Made by a program: the position numbers and the translations under genes
In this document: positions 41,928 through 56,667 of the stretch, piece by piece
Position numbering within the stretch: the stretch's first letter is position 1
How the letters are laid out: every line of letters starts with the position of its first letter
Notes under the pieces: generated by a model
Told to the model about the DNA's origin: nothing
Databases searched by the model: none
The model's input: only the letters and a program-made list of their open reading frames with translations
Assembly (NCBI GenBank): GCA_951406725.2
Contig: OX597817.1
Coordinates: 55,118,001 to 55,182,000, forward strand
DNA: 64,000 bases
Source of the DNA: Octopus vulgaris
Lineage: Eukaryota
Direction: 5' to 3'

Positions 41928-42129
41928 TTAAGGGTAGAAATTGATATTTATCAATTAAAACCAGTGGTCTAGCATATTAAAAAAGAATCCGAAGATTAAA
42001 ATATTTATATATACCAATTAAGGACTGAACACGAAAAGTGGACAGTCAACATGCTAGATATAGACGTCAAATCGCCATTCTCCACAAAAGATTATGTTCT
42101 TAAATCAAACTCAGCACAGTTTGATTTGA

Positions 42130-42132
<3 letters not shown>
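41921..42132 (-). mobile_element. Fragment of a (TA)n-embedded element resembling the 3' portion of the hammerhead-bearing units
   Basis: Minus strand TTTGACGTCTATATCTAGC ... CTACCCTTAATTAATAT resembles TTTGACTGCTATTTCTAA ... AAACCCTTAATTACTTAG of the 589-bp unit; (TA)n on both sides; terminal 14-bp hairpin at 42097-42132. Confidence 0.5.
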
Positions 42133-42185
<53 letters not shown>

Positions 42186-43250
42186 GGGGGAGGGGGCGTT
42201 TGTGCATGCATGTATATGTGTGTGTATATATATATATATATATACATATACATACACACACATATACACATATATATTGAGAGAGAGAGAGAGAGAGAGA
42301 GAGGGGGGAGATGGGGAAGGAAAGAGAGACGGAAGAAGAGAATAATGGCTTGGCTTTGTTCAATGGAATATATTTGTATTTCGAATGGTGTTAACGATGG
42401 AAACGTCATAGTTTCGGGTGTTCGTATGTTTGCACGAACAAACGAACAGAGGGACAGTTCGGTTGGATGCCGCAGTGATTGTCAGAAGGGCGGGGCTTGC
42501 CAATGGAGCTGTCTTCTCTTCTAATTACTAGTGTTCAGTTGAGGTTGAAAACCTCTTTCACAAATAGAAACTGGAGACAAGCCTCGAAATATCTTCACTG
42601 CATCATATTATTGCCGCCATCATTGTAACTATTGCAGCCCCATCTTTTCCTTATTATTAAAAGACTATTGTTCATCTTCATCTTGCCGTTGTTCTCCCCC
42701 ATTTCTTTTATTCCTCTTCCTGATAAAAACATTATTTCGATGATGTCTACATCTTTATTGTTGTGACTCTGTTGCTGTCATTGTTATAATTTTTCATGTT
42801 TGTTTTTGGTGTTTTTTTTTTTTTGTTAATATCGTCCTTATGTTATTTTTATTTTATAATTTATATAACTTCAGAGAATGTTTCGATTTTCTTATTGACG
42901 CCTGTCCGTGTTGTTGCTGTTGTCGTTGTTGGTTTTTTAGGGGTATTTTTGTGTTTCTTTTCTTAAAAACTAGTTTTTTTTATGATTGTTGTTGTTGATG
43001 GTGGTTTAATGATTTAACTACGTTACGCTTGATGTTGTTGGTGTTAACGGCGATCGTGATGATGTTGATGATGATCTTGGTGGTGATGGTGGTGGTGGGA
43101 TTGCTGCTGCTGCTGCTGCTGCTGATGGTGATGATGATGATGATGATGATGATGACCATAGTAACGGTGATGGCAATGGTGATGAGGATGACGTGGATGA
43201 GTAAGAGGATGATGAGAATCATGATGACGACGATGATGATGTAGATGGTA

Positions 43251-43305
<55 letters not shown>

Positions 43306-43332
43306 AAGGAGGTGATGGCGATGATGTGAAAC

Positions 43333-43374
<42 letters not shown>

Positions 43375-43411
43375 GAGGTGATAGCGATGAGGATGATGAT
43401 GTAGATGATCT

Positions 43412-43450
<39 letters not shown>

Positions 43451-43928
43451 GAGGTGATGGCGATGATGATGATGATGGTGGTGATGATGATGATCATGCT
43501 GATCAAGATCATAATGACCATGATGGTGATGACGATGACTACGACGGCGATGAAAATTATGGTGATGATGATGAACGCACAGTTTTGTTTTCATTACTTC
43601 AGTGTTGTGTCATATTTCTTATCGAAATAATTCTAGGTTTTAATTTGAAGTTGTGACATTCAGTGGAGTTTGGATGGTATTCTTTATGATACTGTGGCGT
43701 ATGATGTAGGATAGAACTAGATGGAGGAGTGGTAGTAGTAGTTCTTGCCTAAGATGTTCGTGCAGTTATTTCTGGTATTTTTATAATTATAGTTTCATAC
43801 GGTTTGTAACTTTCCAGCCGCTCTCTCTCCCTACCCACCTGCCATTTTCCTTCTGCCTCCATCCGCCCCTCTTGTATACGTACATACACATACAACTATC
43901 TATGTATCCATATATATATATATGTATG

Positions 43929-44061
<133 letters not shown>

Positions 44062-44109
44062 TATATGACATATATATTATATATATATATATTACATATA
44101 CATATATTA

Positions 44110-44141
<32 letters not shown>

Positions 44142-44341
44142 AGTATATATATACTATATATATATATATATATATATATAGATAACACATGCATATATAT
44201 AAAGCTAAATCTTAATGTATATAGACATAACAATATATACATATATGGATATGTATATAGGTGTCTGTGCGTGTGTAAATGTGTTCTTGCCAACAGATAG
44301 GCATCTTAACTGAACCACATGTGCGTGTGTGTGTATGTGTG

Positions 44342-44378
<37 letters not shown>

Positions 44379-44608
44379 GCATATATATATATCTATATAT
44401 ATATGCATATATTATATATATAAGTATATATAGCTACATACACACATACATATATATAGGTATATATACATATACATGCAAATATATATATATACATGTA
44501 CATACACATTTAACTTATATGTGCACAAACATCTATATTGGGACCTATATATCATAGAATATATATATATATATTACTAGTGTTCAGTTGAGGTTGAAAA
44601 TCTCTTTC

Positions 44609-44657
<49 letters not shown>

Positions 44658-45559
44658 TGTGCGTTTGTGTATAGCTACGAGACTTGGTGTGTGTATGTTC
44701 GTGGCTGTGTGAGTGGCTGTGAGGGTGGGGGTGTCGAAGTCTTTAATGTGTCATAATTGACTGAACCTTGCCTCAATAATAAAACAAAAATTGTTGACTA
44801 AAAAGGCTATCAGTAGAGGTAGGGACGAACAGACAGACAAAGGAATTCATGTTTGCATAGCAATTAAGGAGATTTATATTGCTGCATAATGGACCCAGTG
44901 CATTGTTGTTGTTGTTGTGGTGGTGGTGTTGGTGTTGGTGTTGGTGATGGTGGTGGTGTTATTGAAAGTGGTGATAGTGTTTTTGTTGTATCGGTTTGGT
45001 GTTGATGATGGCGTCGTGTGGGTGTTCTGGGTCATTGTGGTGGTGTTGATTGTAATGATAGCGATAGTATTGGTGAATGGGTTTATCGTAATTGTGACGC
45101 GATTGTTGTCGGTGTATCACTTTTAATGTTGGTGTGGTGGTAAATGTATGTGGTGGTGAGAATGTTTGCTGCAGTTCTAGTGAAAGCGGTGATGGTATAG
45201 TAAAGTTGGGAGCCGGTGTGAAGAGTGGCGGTGCAACGGTGGTCTGTATGGTGTTGGTCTTGGTCGCGTCTGTGGTGCTGAGTCGCGTTTTGTGGTGCGA
45301 CGGTAATTGTGGCTGCGGTTCTGCTGCTGTTGTTGTTGTCGGTGTTGCTGCTGCTGCTGTTTGCACTGGTGCTAATGTTGTGGTTGGAGGAACAGGTGGT
45401 AGTGTTTGTGAGGTTCAGGGGCAAATAAGTATATTGATGATTACACCTAGAACGTTTCAAAGAGAGACAAAGGGGGGATAATTCACGTATAAAGATGCAC
45501 ACATGAACACACGCATACTTAGATGTCATTAAGTGTGAATGGATGTATTGATGGGGACA

Positions 45560-45860
45560 TATCTGTCTTTACACAACAAAACAACGGTTATATGGGAATG
45601 TACCAACTCTTTCGTCAACCTCTCAAGACCGGAGATTGAGGTTTGCTGACCGCTGCTGGAGAAGAATAGAACTTGTGAGTAATGTGTTGGTGTGGACACC
45701 AAACCATGGTACCACAGCGGCTGGAAGACCACGGAAGACGTATATACAACAGCTTGCAGAAGATGTTGGATGCCAGGTTGAAGACATAAAAACACTAATG
45801 GAAGATAGTGAGAAATGGAGAGTGGGTAGTCACGCTGGCCCGGGCAATCAGCCTGGTCGG
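45560..45860 (+). mobile_element. RTE-clade LINE 3' fragment
   Basis: LYGNVPTLS...RRLRFADRCWR...VLVWTPNHG...GRPRKTYIQQLAED...MEDSEKWR matches the RTE C-terminal motif (RLRxAGHxxR...GRP...DR..WR). Confidence 0.8.
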
Positions 45861-46102
45861 ATGATGCCTCGAAAACACACACACACATACACGCACACGT
45901 ATATATATATATATATATATATATGCACAAATTGAGATAGGGGTTGTAAATGCAACCCTCCATGGGATAACAAATATCCAATATACTGCTAGTGAAGTAC
46001 CCAACAAAGTTAATACATAAATGTTAAGGATTGCGATGCAATCGATTCATTTACTGTATTATATGGGCAAAGGTAAAATGATTTGCCACAAATTACTAAT
46101 AC

Positions 46103-46515
<413 letters not shown>

Positions 46516-46523
46516 ATAGATAG

Positions 46524-46554
<31 letters not shown>

Positions 46555-46559
46555 CACAC

Positions 46560-46606
<47 letters not shown>

Positions 46607-46900
46607 AGTGCGAAAAAGAAGATAATGCAGAAATTGACATGAAGACATCAGTTTATTTAAAGATATTCAAATCTATATAATGATATTCCAGTCCTACAGC
46701 CGTTTCTATATCCAATTAGTTCAACTACAGAAACTTTACGATTTCTTTTAAAAGTCTTAGAAAAAGCTGAACGACTGCCATGTGTAACTGGTACATTTTT
46801 AAGGACCACCGAAATGCTGGTAAGAATTTTTTCCAGTGCGCTAACAAACCGGTCACATCACCACCTTGACTGTATATTATATATATGTATATATATATAT

Positions 46901-47331
46901 AATAAATATAAGGGTAGCAAAAAATTCTAGAAAAAATTTTCCGCTACCCTTATATTTATTAATTAATGATTTTTTGGCTAATTTTGAAATTAAATCAGCA
47001 GTTTATATTTGCTGCTGAGTAGACCGCGCGATTGCGGTAAGATTTGAAAATTTAGGGCATATGTGACTGGAGGCTTCTTTACCATAGCCTCGTGGACATA
47101 TACTCGTCCTAGGCTCTCTGCTGACGAGGCACGCCAGATGTAAATGAATTTAATTTAATTTAATTAATTCATTTGGCAAAGTTTTGCCGAAACTATGCAT
47201 AGTCCAGAGATGAAAGGGGTAAACGTTTTTATTTCTCATTCTATTTCAGAATTGCAACTATTTAGCGGTATGAGTTTGGCTGCTCTTTCTAGTGAGTCGA
47301 ATGTCCTACATGGTCATTCCTTATATTGTTG
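46901..47331 (+). mobile_element. ~430-bp hammerhead-bearing element in (TA)n with a 5' fold-back terminus
   Basis: 18-bp inverted repeat 46901-46918/46943-46960; internal hammerhead; 3' TTTGGCTGCTCTTTCTAG motif similar to the 589-bp unit; TA repeats on both sides. Confidence 0.75.
47115..47210 (+). ncRNA. Type I hammerhead ribozyme (canonical core, extended stem II)
   Basis: TCTCTG CTGACGA GGCA [GCCA..AAATGAATT..AATTCATTTGGC insert] TGCC GAAA CTATGCATAG TC CAGAGA; perfect 6-bp stem I, palindromic stem III; predicted cut after 47204. Confidence 0.92.
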
Positions 47332-47485
47332 TATATATATATATATAATATAATATAATATATAGAATATATAATGCTATATGTAATACATATTATGATA
47401 TCTACTCAATGTTTATATATATCATATATATTATATATATATATATATATACAGAATCTGTATTATGTATAATATACAACATATT

Positions 47486-47873
47486 TGGCTGGATGGTAAG
47501 AAACTCAATTCCCAACAACATAGTTCCGAGTTCAGTCCGACTGCGTGACATCTTGGGCAAGTGATATCCCGAGCCGATCAAGCCTTGTGAGTGGATTTCG
47601 TATACGGAAACTGAAAGAATCATATCGTATATATATGTGTGTGTGTATGTGTGCCCTTGTATATCTGTTTTCCTCCAGCGCCGCTTGATAACCGGTGTTG
47701 GGGTGCCCCCATAACTTAGTGTTCGTCAAAATGCATCGATAGAGTCAGAAGCAGGCCCAAAAAATGAACATCGGTGATTCATTCGACTAACCATTCATGG
47801 CAGTGCCTCAGATTGGCCGCGACCAAAGCCTTGTTAGCATATTTGGAAGACAGAAACTGAAAGAAACCCGTCG

Positions 47874-47922
<49 letters not shown>

Positions 47923-48210
47923 ACACATACATATGTTGATATACATAGGTGTTTATATATCTCTGTGTGTGTGTACATGCGTGCGTGTGTGTGTGAGTGT
48001 CTATCTTTGTGTATGCGTCTGTCACCTGCCCCACCGCTTAACAATAACCTAGCGTTTCGGCAAAAGCTACCGATAGAATAAGTACCAGGCTTATAAAAAA
48101 ATATATAAATGTATGTACTGGGGTTCGATACATTCAACTAACAAAAATTTCTTCAAGGTGTTGCCCCATCATGGCCGCAGTCTAATGATTGAAACCAGCA
48201 AAGGATAATA
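47486..48210 (+). mobile_element. Two adjacent SINE family B copies (47486-47800, 47810-48210)
   Basis: GAGTTCAGTCC...CTTGGGCAAGTG...AAGCCTTGTGAGTGGATTT...GAAACTGAAAGAA; second copy ends ATGGCCGCAGTCTAATGATTGAAAC. Confidence 0.75.
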
Positions 48211-48586
48211 GATGCAAAAAAAAAAAAAGAAAAATAGCGCGTGCAAACACACAGAGACACAAAGGAATAATTGCTGAGTTTGGTTATGGTATTATATCAA
48301 CGTAGGGGCTATGAAGAAAGAGTTTGTTTCGAGGTAGGTGAAAGAAAGGAGGGGAGGTGGCCAGCGATGGATGAGAGCGGGGTTAAGAGAGAAAAGGGAA
48401 GAAAGGGAGGAGGGTTGAAGTGGGGAGAAGAGAGAGTAAATGGGTAAACACATTTTAGAGCATCTAGGCGCATGCGTATTTTCGTATGCATGTATATATA
48501 TGTGCGTGTCTGTCTATACATATATATGTATATATGCGTATATATGCGTGTGTGTATGACTACATGAATATATATATGTGTGTATA

Positions 48587-48621
<35 letters not shown>

Positions 48622-48763
48622 GCATATATATGAATATATATGTATAGATATGTATATATACACAACATATATATATTTATATATTATACACACATATATA
48701 TATGCATATATATATGTATATATATACACATATATATGCATATATATATATATGCATACATAG

Positions 48764-48808
<45 letters not shown>

Positions 48809-48874
48809 TAGATATATGTATGTGTATATATATATGTGTGTATATATACACAGAGAGAATAAGGACTGATAGAG

Positions 48875-48937
<63 letters not shown>

Positions 48938-49549
48938 AAAGAGTATATATATATGCACGAATATACACACACATATATTTGCGTGTGTGAATGTTTGTGT
49001 ATGTATTTATATATAAATGTTCATGTGTGTGTGTGCGTGTGTGTGTGTTTGTGTGTATACATTCTTATATACATACACACGTACATTAGTTTCAATAGTG
49101 GCAAGAATGCTTTGATCTGATATTGTTTTGTGCTGAAAGTAGAACAATTACATCGTGATAGAGTCACATCAGTCAATTAGAGATTCACAAATACCCTACT
49201 TTATTCACTTGTGTTTCAAGTAGCAAAAACCTACTACATCCTATAGTCATTCACACTACGTTCCTGGAGACGGAGACAAGCACAGACACACACTCACACA
49301 CACATACATACACACTCTCATTATCACACAATCAAAAGCATAGCTATACGTGTGTATATTATTTATCAGCAATGGTGATTCTGTACGGCGTAGTGCGACA
49401 TTTCGTTCTCAAAGACAGTAAGGGAGAAACCTCTAAATAAACACTCGAAATTGCTAATGAATACTTTTGCGAGTGTATCAGCGTTATAGTACTGAATCTT
49501 TTCAGTCATGGAACATGAAGTAAAAGAAACAACCCAGTAAAAAAAGGGT

Positions 49550-49628
<79 letters not shown>

Positions 49629-49642
49629 GTGTGTGTATACAT

Positions 49643-49776
<134 letters not shown>

Positions 49777-51192
49777 TGTCCAATTCTAAACCCTGCACGA
49801 CTTCTATACACACTGTCTTTCCTACCCGCCATTGCTTCTTCACCAAACTATTTTGGCGCCCTCCGATTCTTCCCCCTCTTCCTCCCATCCTCCTCCCCTC
49901 TTCCTCCCATCCTCCTTGATCCCTTCTTTCTCCTTTTCTCTTGGTCACTGATTCTGTCCCCTGCCTTCCACCCTCTTTGATTCCCTCTCTCTCTGTCTCT
50001 CTTTCTCTCTCTCTCCTGCAACCTGCTTTCTTAACCATTCTGTTGGCCATCGTATCTCGACCAACATGTGTCCCCGCTACCGAAACGGTAATTATTTCTA
50101 CGCCAGCTGCTATGTTGTTGTTTTTGTCTCATTTGGTCTAAAGTCGTATGACAACCACCGTTATATATATTTTGTTTATTCATTACTGTTTTCAATTTCG
50201 TTTTCGTCTCTTGTATTTACATCCGTCTTGTGCGTTCACATTCCTGTCTTCTACCAAGAAATCTAATGCTTACAGCTTAGTTTTTTTTCTTGGGCTGGCC
50301 GAGTTGGAGCAAATATCAGAATTGAACAGCCGAAATTTGCTATGATGATTCGGTGTCTGACTGAAGATTGAAGGCTTCGAATGATTTGTCTGTGTTCCGT
50401 GTTCGTCCCTTCCTGTATTTCACGTTCATTATATATAAAAACATACATTCTTATATATATAATGTATATATATAGCTGGAATTTACAAAAAACAAACAAA
50501 CAAAAGACGAAGTGGGTGTGTAAACAACAAACAGATGTATTAGTTTAACGCTCGGGAAGTAAGGAAGTCTTTTACATTTCGAGCCTACGATCTTCAGCAA
50601 AAAGGAGCACAGAAATAAGCAGAGAGAGAAAATAAAAAAAGTTTAGTGGCTAGCTATCACTCATAGCGAATACCAGACAGAGGTTGTCAGACAGGAGAGC
50701 TAGGAAGGGGGTTTTGTAAGTAAATGCCTAACAGTCAGTCTGGATAAGCTTGGATTTACAGAAAATGAGATCAACCGATTCGCTAATTTGCAAATACAAA
50801 CTGAAAGTGGAACAGTAAAACTATGCAAGACTTCACTCAAATTTAAAATGTGACATGGTTTTCGTTATCTACATTCCAATGACGAAGCTTTGTATCTTTG
50901 TTAGAAGCAAGCTGTTTCTTTAGAGGAAGAATTTAAATGATTAAAAACATTAACAGACATACATAGATGCATATATACGTATACATACATACACACACAC
51001 ACACACCGGTAGTGCAAGTGAGATCAATCGAAAACTCCATATACCAGATGCTAGTAGGTTTCGTGGGTCATCAGGAGAGAATGCGCACAGTTTCAGGGCC
51101 TTTTCTCTTACATACTCAGATACTTATCAATATTTGTGCGTGTATTCATCCATATACTTATATACATACATGCATATGTATAAAAGTCATAT

Positions 51193-51316
<124 letters not shown>

Positions 51317-51817
51317 CAGCTTGCGTAGCATCTCACTTGACTATTGCCCAATTCTTCATGTAACTATATCAATGCCTACAAATCAATTCCGTACAGAAAC
51401 TGATAAAATTTCCACATGCCCGCTTCGTGAATTTATTCGCTAAGGCTCAAGCTGATACCGATTCACAATTGACAGCTCTTTAAGTACATCTGTCTCCTAA
51501 CACTTCGTATTACACATGGATACAAAACGCATGGATGTTCGTACACACTCAAGCATGTGTAGATTCATGTGCGTACGTCATATGTGTGCGAGCGTGTGCA
51601 GTGTTGTGTGTGAGTAGACGCTCGTGTTTAGCCACACATGTTTATTCACATACACATATGTTGACATTTATGCATACGCATATATATTTGCCTATATGTA
51701 TAATACATATGTATTTATGCATATATATATATATACATGTATATATATATATTTATGTATATACATGTATAAATATATTTATATATATACATGTATATAT
51801 ATATATGTGTGTAGATA

Positions 51818-51859
<42 letters not shown>

Positions 51860-52703
51860 CACATATATAAATATATATGTATATACATATATAAATATAT
51901 ATATGCATATATATTTATATATCTATGTATGTATATATGCATATATATATATACACACATACATATATATCTATATATATATACATACATACATATATAT
52001 GTGTATGTATATATATGCATATATATATATACATATATATATGTGTATGTATGTATGTATGTATGTATATACCATACATATATACATAAACGCATATAAT
52101 ATGCAGTCACACGTACACATGTTTGGATGTATTAAACACACAGTGTAGAAATTCATTCCGCCACAAACCAGCAGTGTTTAATATTAGTTCACATCCAGAT
52201 ACAGAAAACGAAGCCAGAATTATACAACCGCAACTGCATACAAATACACACACAAATACACTCTATACATGCACAAACATACACCTACAGATATTCCTTT
52301 AAAACAGACTTGGATGCACAGATACAAGGATACACGCCTAATTGCTGGCACCATACATGTAATTACTATAGTTCGCTACACCTCACACTGATGTTGCAAT
52401 CCTGGAAACTGCTGGTATGGTTTGGAATTCACAATTTCCAGATGCGCCTTGCAAATAATACAATTATATTCACCCGTTTAGAAAAACACTAGTTTGACAC
52501 ATTGGGACGAAGTTAAATACAAGTCTCAATTGTACACACGGAAATATACACTGACACACATATGTATATACCCAAATGCACATATATACGCCTTCATATA
52601 TATATATATACACATGCACGCGCGCGCACACACACACACACAAACACATATGTATATATATATATATATATATACTTATATATGTATATATATATATATA
52701 TAC

Positions 52704-52778
<75 letters not shown>

Positions 52779-52869
52779 ATATATATACATATATATATGC
52801 ATATATAGACTGGCACAAATATATACATGTACATATGTACGCCTGCACATATATACACATGCACACATT

Positions 52870-52905
<36 letters not shown>

Positions 52906-52997
52906 CAAACACACATGTTTAAATACACACACAAACATGAATACGATGAATCATCTATGTGTATAAACATATGTATATGTATGTGTATAATATATAT

Positions 52998-53042
<45 letters not shown>

Positions 53043-53502
53043 TGTGTGTGTATTTAGCCACGTTTATACACTTGTAGAGATATTACACGTCCACATATAT
53101 TCACAGACAAAGCTATATCGAAACGCATACAATGGGTCTGCAACCAGCTTCGAAGTTTTGTTATAAGCATCATAAATTGTGAAGTCATTTCGTACGCTGA
53201 TACGGGGTGGGAGAATGGTTTTAAAAGCCCCCGTTTAGTAACTTGTATGCTGCCATTGTAATCACAAATTCGCTCATATACATAAACATACAGACAATGA
53301 GGTTTATACACATGCATAGATGCAACGAGACATATTCACATACAAACACATACACACATACAAGCATAAATGTATATGTGTGTATGCATACGTATGTGTA
53401 TATGTAACAAATTGGAAGTATATATATATGCATGCATATACAAAGCCACATGTGTGTATACTCGTATTCATGAGTCTGTATGAATTTAAATACGTGTGCT
53501 TG

Positions 53503-53534
<32 letters not shown>

Positions 53535-55039
53535 AATGTGTGTGTGTTTGTGTCTACGTGTGTATGCACGTTTATATTCACACTCGCATTCATACAGTTG
53601 AATATACATTTATATGCTAGTCTGTGTCAATGAATATATATCGATCTATCTATCCATACTTACATACATGCCCACAGACACATACACGCACGCATACACA
53701 TGTATTTATATATGTATTGTAGACACATTTTAACACCATCGCATTCATGCTTTTAGCTTCCCACACGTTAAACATCCCAAAGTTTTGGGTTTTCGTTCCG
53801 CAGATACCACGTCTATTTGCCAAATCATCTACATACACGCACGCATCCCCCCACACAGACACACACACTCAGAGGTATGCGTAGTGTTGTGTTATACATG
53901 AGCATGCACATACATTTGGATATATAATCTCGGAATTACATACACGTCCTTTCCTCGCAGAAATACACCACATTCGATGTTTTAACACTGGCGCACACGC
54001 CAATGCCCTCCCACCCTACACTTGCCTCACTCACTCCTGTCACTTGAACCCCGCCGCTTTAGCGCACCATAAATTACAGGTGCAGCCCCATCTGATATAT
54101 CGCTATATTAGTTTACGGGTCGCTAAAGCTGAGAGAACGACTTTAGCGAGTCGGTTTATGGCATGCAAGATGTACTTACGGCGCTGATATAACGACGTTT
54201 CGCCAGTCACATGATTCATTTTAGGCGCCATCTTGTGAACGTGTAATCTTCGATCGATTTTTTTTTCGCTTCGTTTTTAAACGTTCATTTTCTGAAAGCT
54301 TGCTTATGGCTGTTCTTGTTAGTGTTGGTGACGCTGAGCGTGGTGTCAGAATTGGTGTTGCAAGTGAAACTGTTGTTATATGTAGTTGTTGCGTAGTGGT
54401 GTTAGTTCTTTTGGTGGTGGTGAAGGCGGTGGATTATGATCTGGTTGAAGATGTCAGTATTATATTTACCGTTGCTGGAGCTGTTATAAATGTCGGTTAC
54501 AACGTTATTTATGTTCGCTATAAATGTTCGTATTTGATGGTGGTTTTCTGCCGTGTTAGTATTATAGCCTGTTTTAGTATCTGAGACATGGTAGTCGCAT
54601 TTGTTGTTGTCGTTGTTGTTATAAATTCCCAAGTGAGCCATGACCATCGCCACAATTTCCAACATTATGTATCGCAAACTACGCTACCATTTTGTATAGA
54701 AAAAAAATCTAAGATTTGATTCGAAAGAAAATATCTATGGATGTGTGGCTGGTAAACTCTTAAAGTCGGCATTGGTGGCGACGTATAAAACATTGGAAGA
54801 GCTTACGTAGTGTTGTTTAGAGGTAGTACAATTCTCATATCCAGAACGTTCCATCCTTGACAATCCACACATTAAACGAAATATTTTAACGCATTGTTCC
54901 ATTTCTTAAATAATTTGCTTAGATTTTTGTAATATTGGTCTGTTCTTTATTGTTATAGTTATTATTGCTGTAGCCGTGATGATGTGATGTTGACATTGAT
55001 GGTGAGCGAAGCAGTCTTCTGTAGTGAGAGAAGTCCGAA

Positions 55040-55358
55040 ACATGGTCCTTTGCTATTCGTAAGACCCGCAGAAGAGAAATCAGGTCAACCCCCAACACCG
55101 AGAGCATCGACGGATGGATGAATGCGCGTCCAGGCTCAGTGGTTGCGTAGGAAGTCGGGGACAAGAAACAGGAAGAAAGAGTGTGAGAAAGTTGGAGCGA
55201 AAGAGTAGAACAGGGGTCGCCACCACCCCCTGCCGGAGCATCATGAAGCTTTAGGTGTTTTCGCTCAATAAACACACACAACGCCCGGTCTGGGAATCGA
55301 AACCGCGATATTCCGGCCGCGAGTCCGCTGCCCTAACCACTAAGCCATTGCGCCTCCA
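55040..55358 (-). mobile_element. tRNA-derived SINE, family A head and body with an alternative 3' tail
   Basis: Minus strand GGAGGCGCAATGGCTTAGTGGTTAGGGCAGCGGACTCGCGG...GGTTTCGATTCCCAGACC; matches 12954-13130, then diverges. Confidence 0.85.
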
Positions 55359-55768
55359 CTGCTGTAGCCTTTGTGCTCATTGCTGTTATTTTTGTTGCTA
55401 AATGCAATTTTTGATGTTGTCCACAATGAGTTTATGATAATGTTGCTGGTGTTGTTTTGTCCAACAACATGCCTCCGCAACACTAGAAACCAAAACACAA
55501 GTTTAACCACTTTATCAACACTGTACTAACAACACTTACAATCCGAGAACACGGTTGTCGCAACAACAAAACTGACACAGTAACAAAGCCACTACTTCGA
55601 AATTCCCATTGTAATAAGAGCAACGCCAACCCAACAACGCGAATTCCACATCAATAATAATGTCCTGCACCTAACAATAATAACAATCCGACAATTTTGG
55701 TATAACCTAACTACATGATGATCACGGGGAATAACCAGCATCCGACAAGAATCCTTTTAACAGACAGC

Positions 55769-56099
55769 TGGCACTCCGTCAGTTACGACGACGACGAGTA
55801 TTCCTCATGATTCCATCAACGGAACAGTTTGCTACAGAAATTATTGTGCAAGTTCCTGAAACACTTCGAAAACACGCGTAACATTAAGGTAGTTTTCAGG
55901 AACATTCAGAGTGACACAGAATGTGACAAGGTCGGCCGTTTTGAACTGCAGGTAGAACTCATCATTTTTGCCACTTGAGTGAACTGCAAAAAAGGGAACG
56001 TGGGCAATATGAAATAAAGTAGCTTGCACGAGGATAAAGCGCGCTAGCGGGAATCGAACTCACGTGAGCCGGATACGCTAACCATTACGCCATGCGCCA
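55769..56099 (-). mobile_element. Diverged SINE (family A-like, same type as 1211-1503)
   Basis: TGGCACTCCGTC...ACGACGACGAG...TCAACGGAACAG...GTGACACAGAATGTGAC...GGAATCGAACTCAC. Confidence 0.75.
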
Positions 56100-56107
56100 T
56101 CAATGCA

Positions 56108-56198
56108 TACGTAAACGCTAAGTTACGGGGATTCAAACCCACCAAAACCGATTGTTATGCGGTGGTGGGAGACAACCACAGACATAACACACACATAC

Positions 56199-56238
<40 letters not shown>

Positions 56239-56410
56239 TAGCTATAGATATATAAGGGGCTGCTTTTAGTTTCTGTCTACCAAATCAACTCACAAAGATT
56301 TCGTCAGCTTGAAGCTGTAGTAGAAAACACTTGTCCCAGGTGCCACGCAGTGGGACTGAAACCGGCGCCATGCAGTTGGGAAGCATACTTCTTATCACAC
56401 AAGTCATCAC
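56108..56410 (-). mobile_element. SINE family B
   Basis: CGCTAAGTTACGGGG...ACTCACAAAG...TGCCACGCAGTGGGACTGAA. Confidence 0.75.
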
Positions 56411-56448
56411 TGCGACTAGGCTAGTATCATTTAAATTATACCTTACGG

Positions 56449-56667
56449 CAGTGGTTTTCAACCAGGATTCCGCGGGACCTTAGGGTTCCGCTAGTACAGT
56501 CCAGGGGTTCCGCAAGAAGTTACAAAACTGCTAAAATCGGCAGTAATTTTTAATTCTCCTGTGCAGATATGTGTACATAAGACTATTAAATTATTGCACA
56601 GGGGTTCCCCGAGCCAGTGGAATTTTGCCTTGGGGTTCCGCTCCAGCAAAAAGTTTGAAAAGCACTG
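56449..56667. mobile_element. hAT (Charlie-like) MITE
   Basis: TIRs CAGTGGTTTTCAACC / GTTTGAAAAGCACTG; 8-bp TSD CCTTACGG (56441-56448) / CCATACGG (56668-56675); internal GGGGTTCC subterminal repeats. Confidence 0.85.

Noticed and set aside
50563-50606. Minus-strand CTGAAGATCGTAGGCTCGAAA hammerhead-like string
   Set aside because: Stem II does not close in register and stems I and III cannot be formed.
51055-51105. Minus-strand CTGATGACCCACGAAAC in a repeat shared with about 57860-57930
   Set aside because: No pairable stem II, and the second copy does not keep the core; treated as an unclassified repeat.
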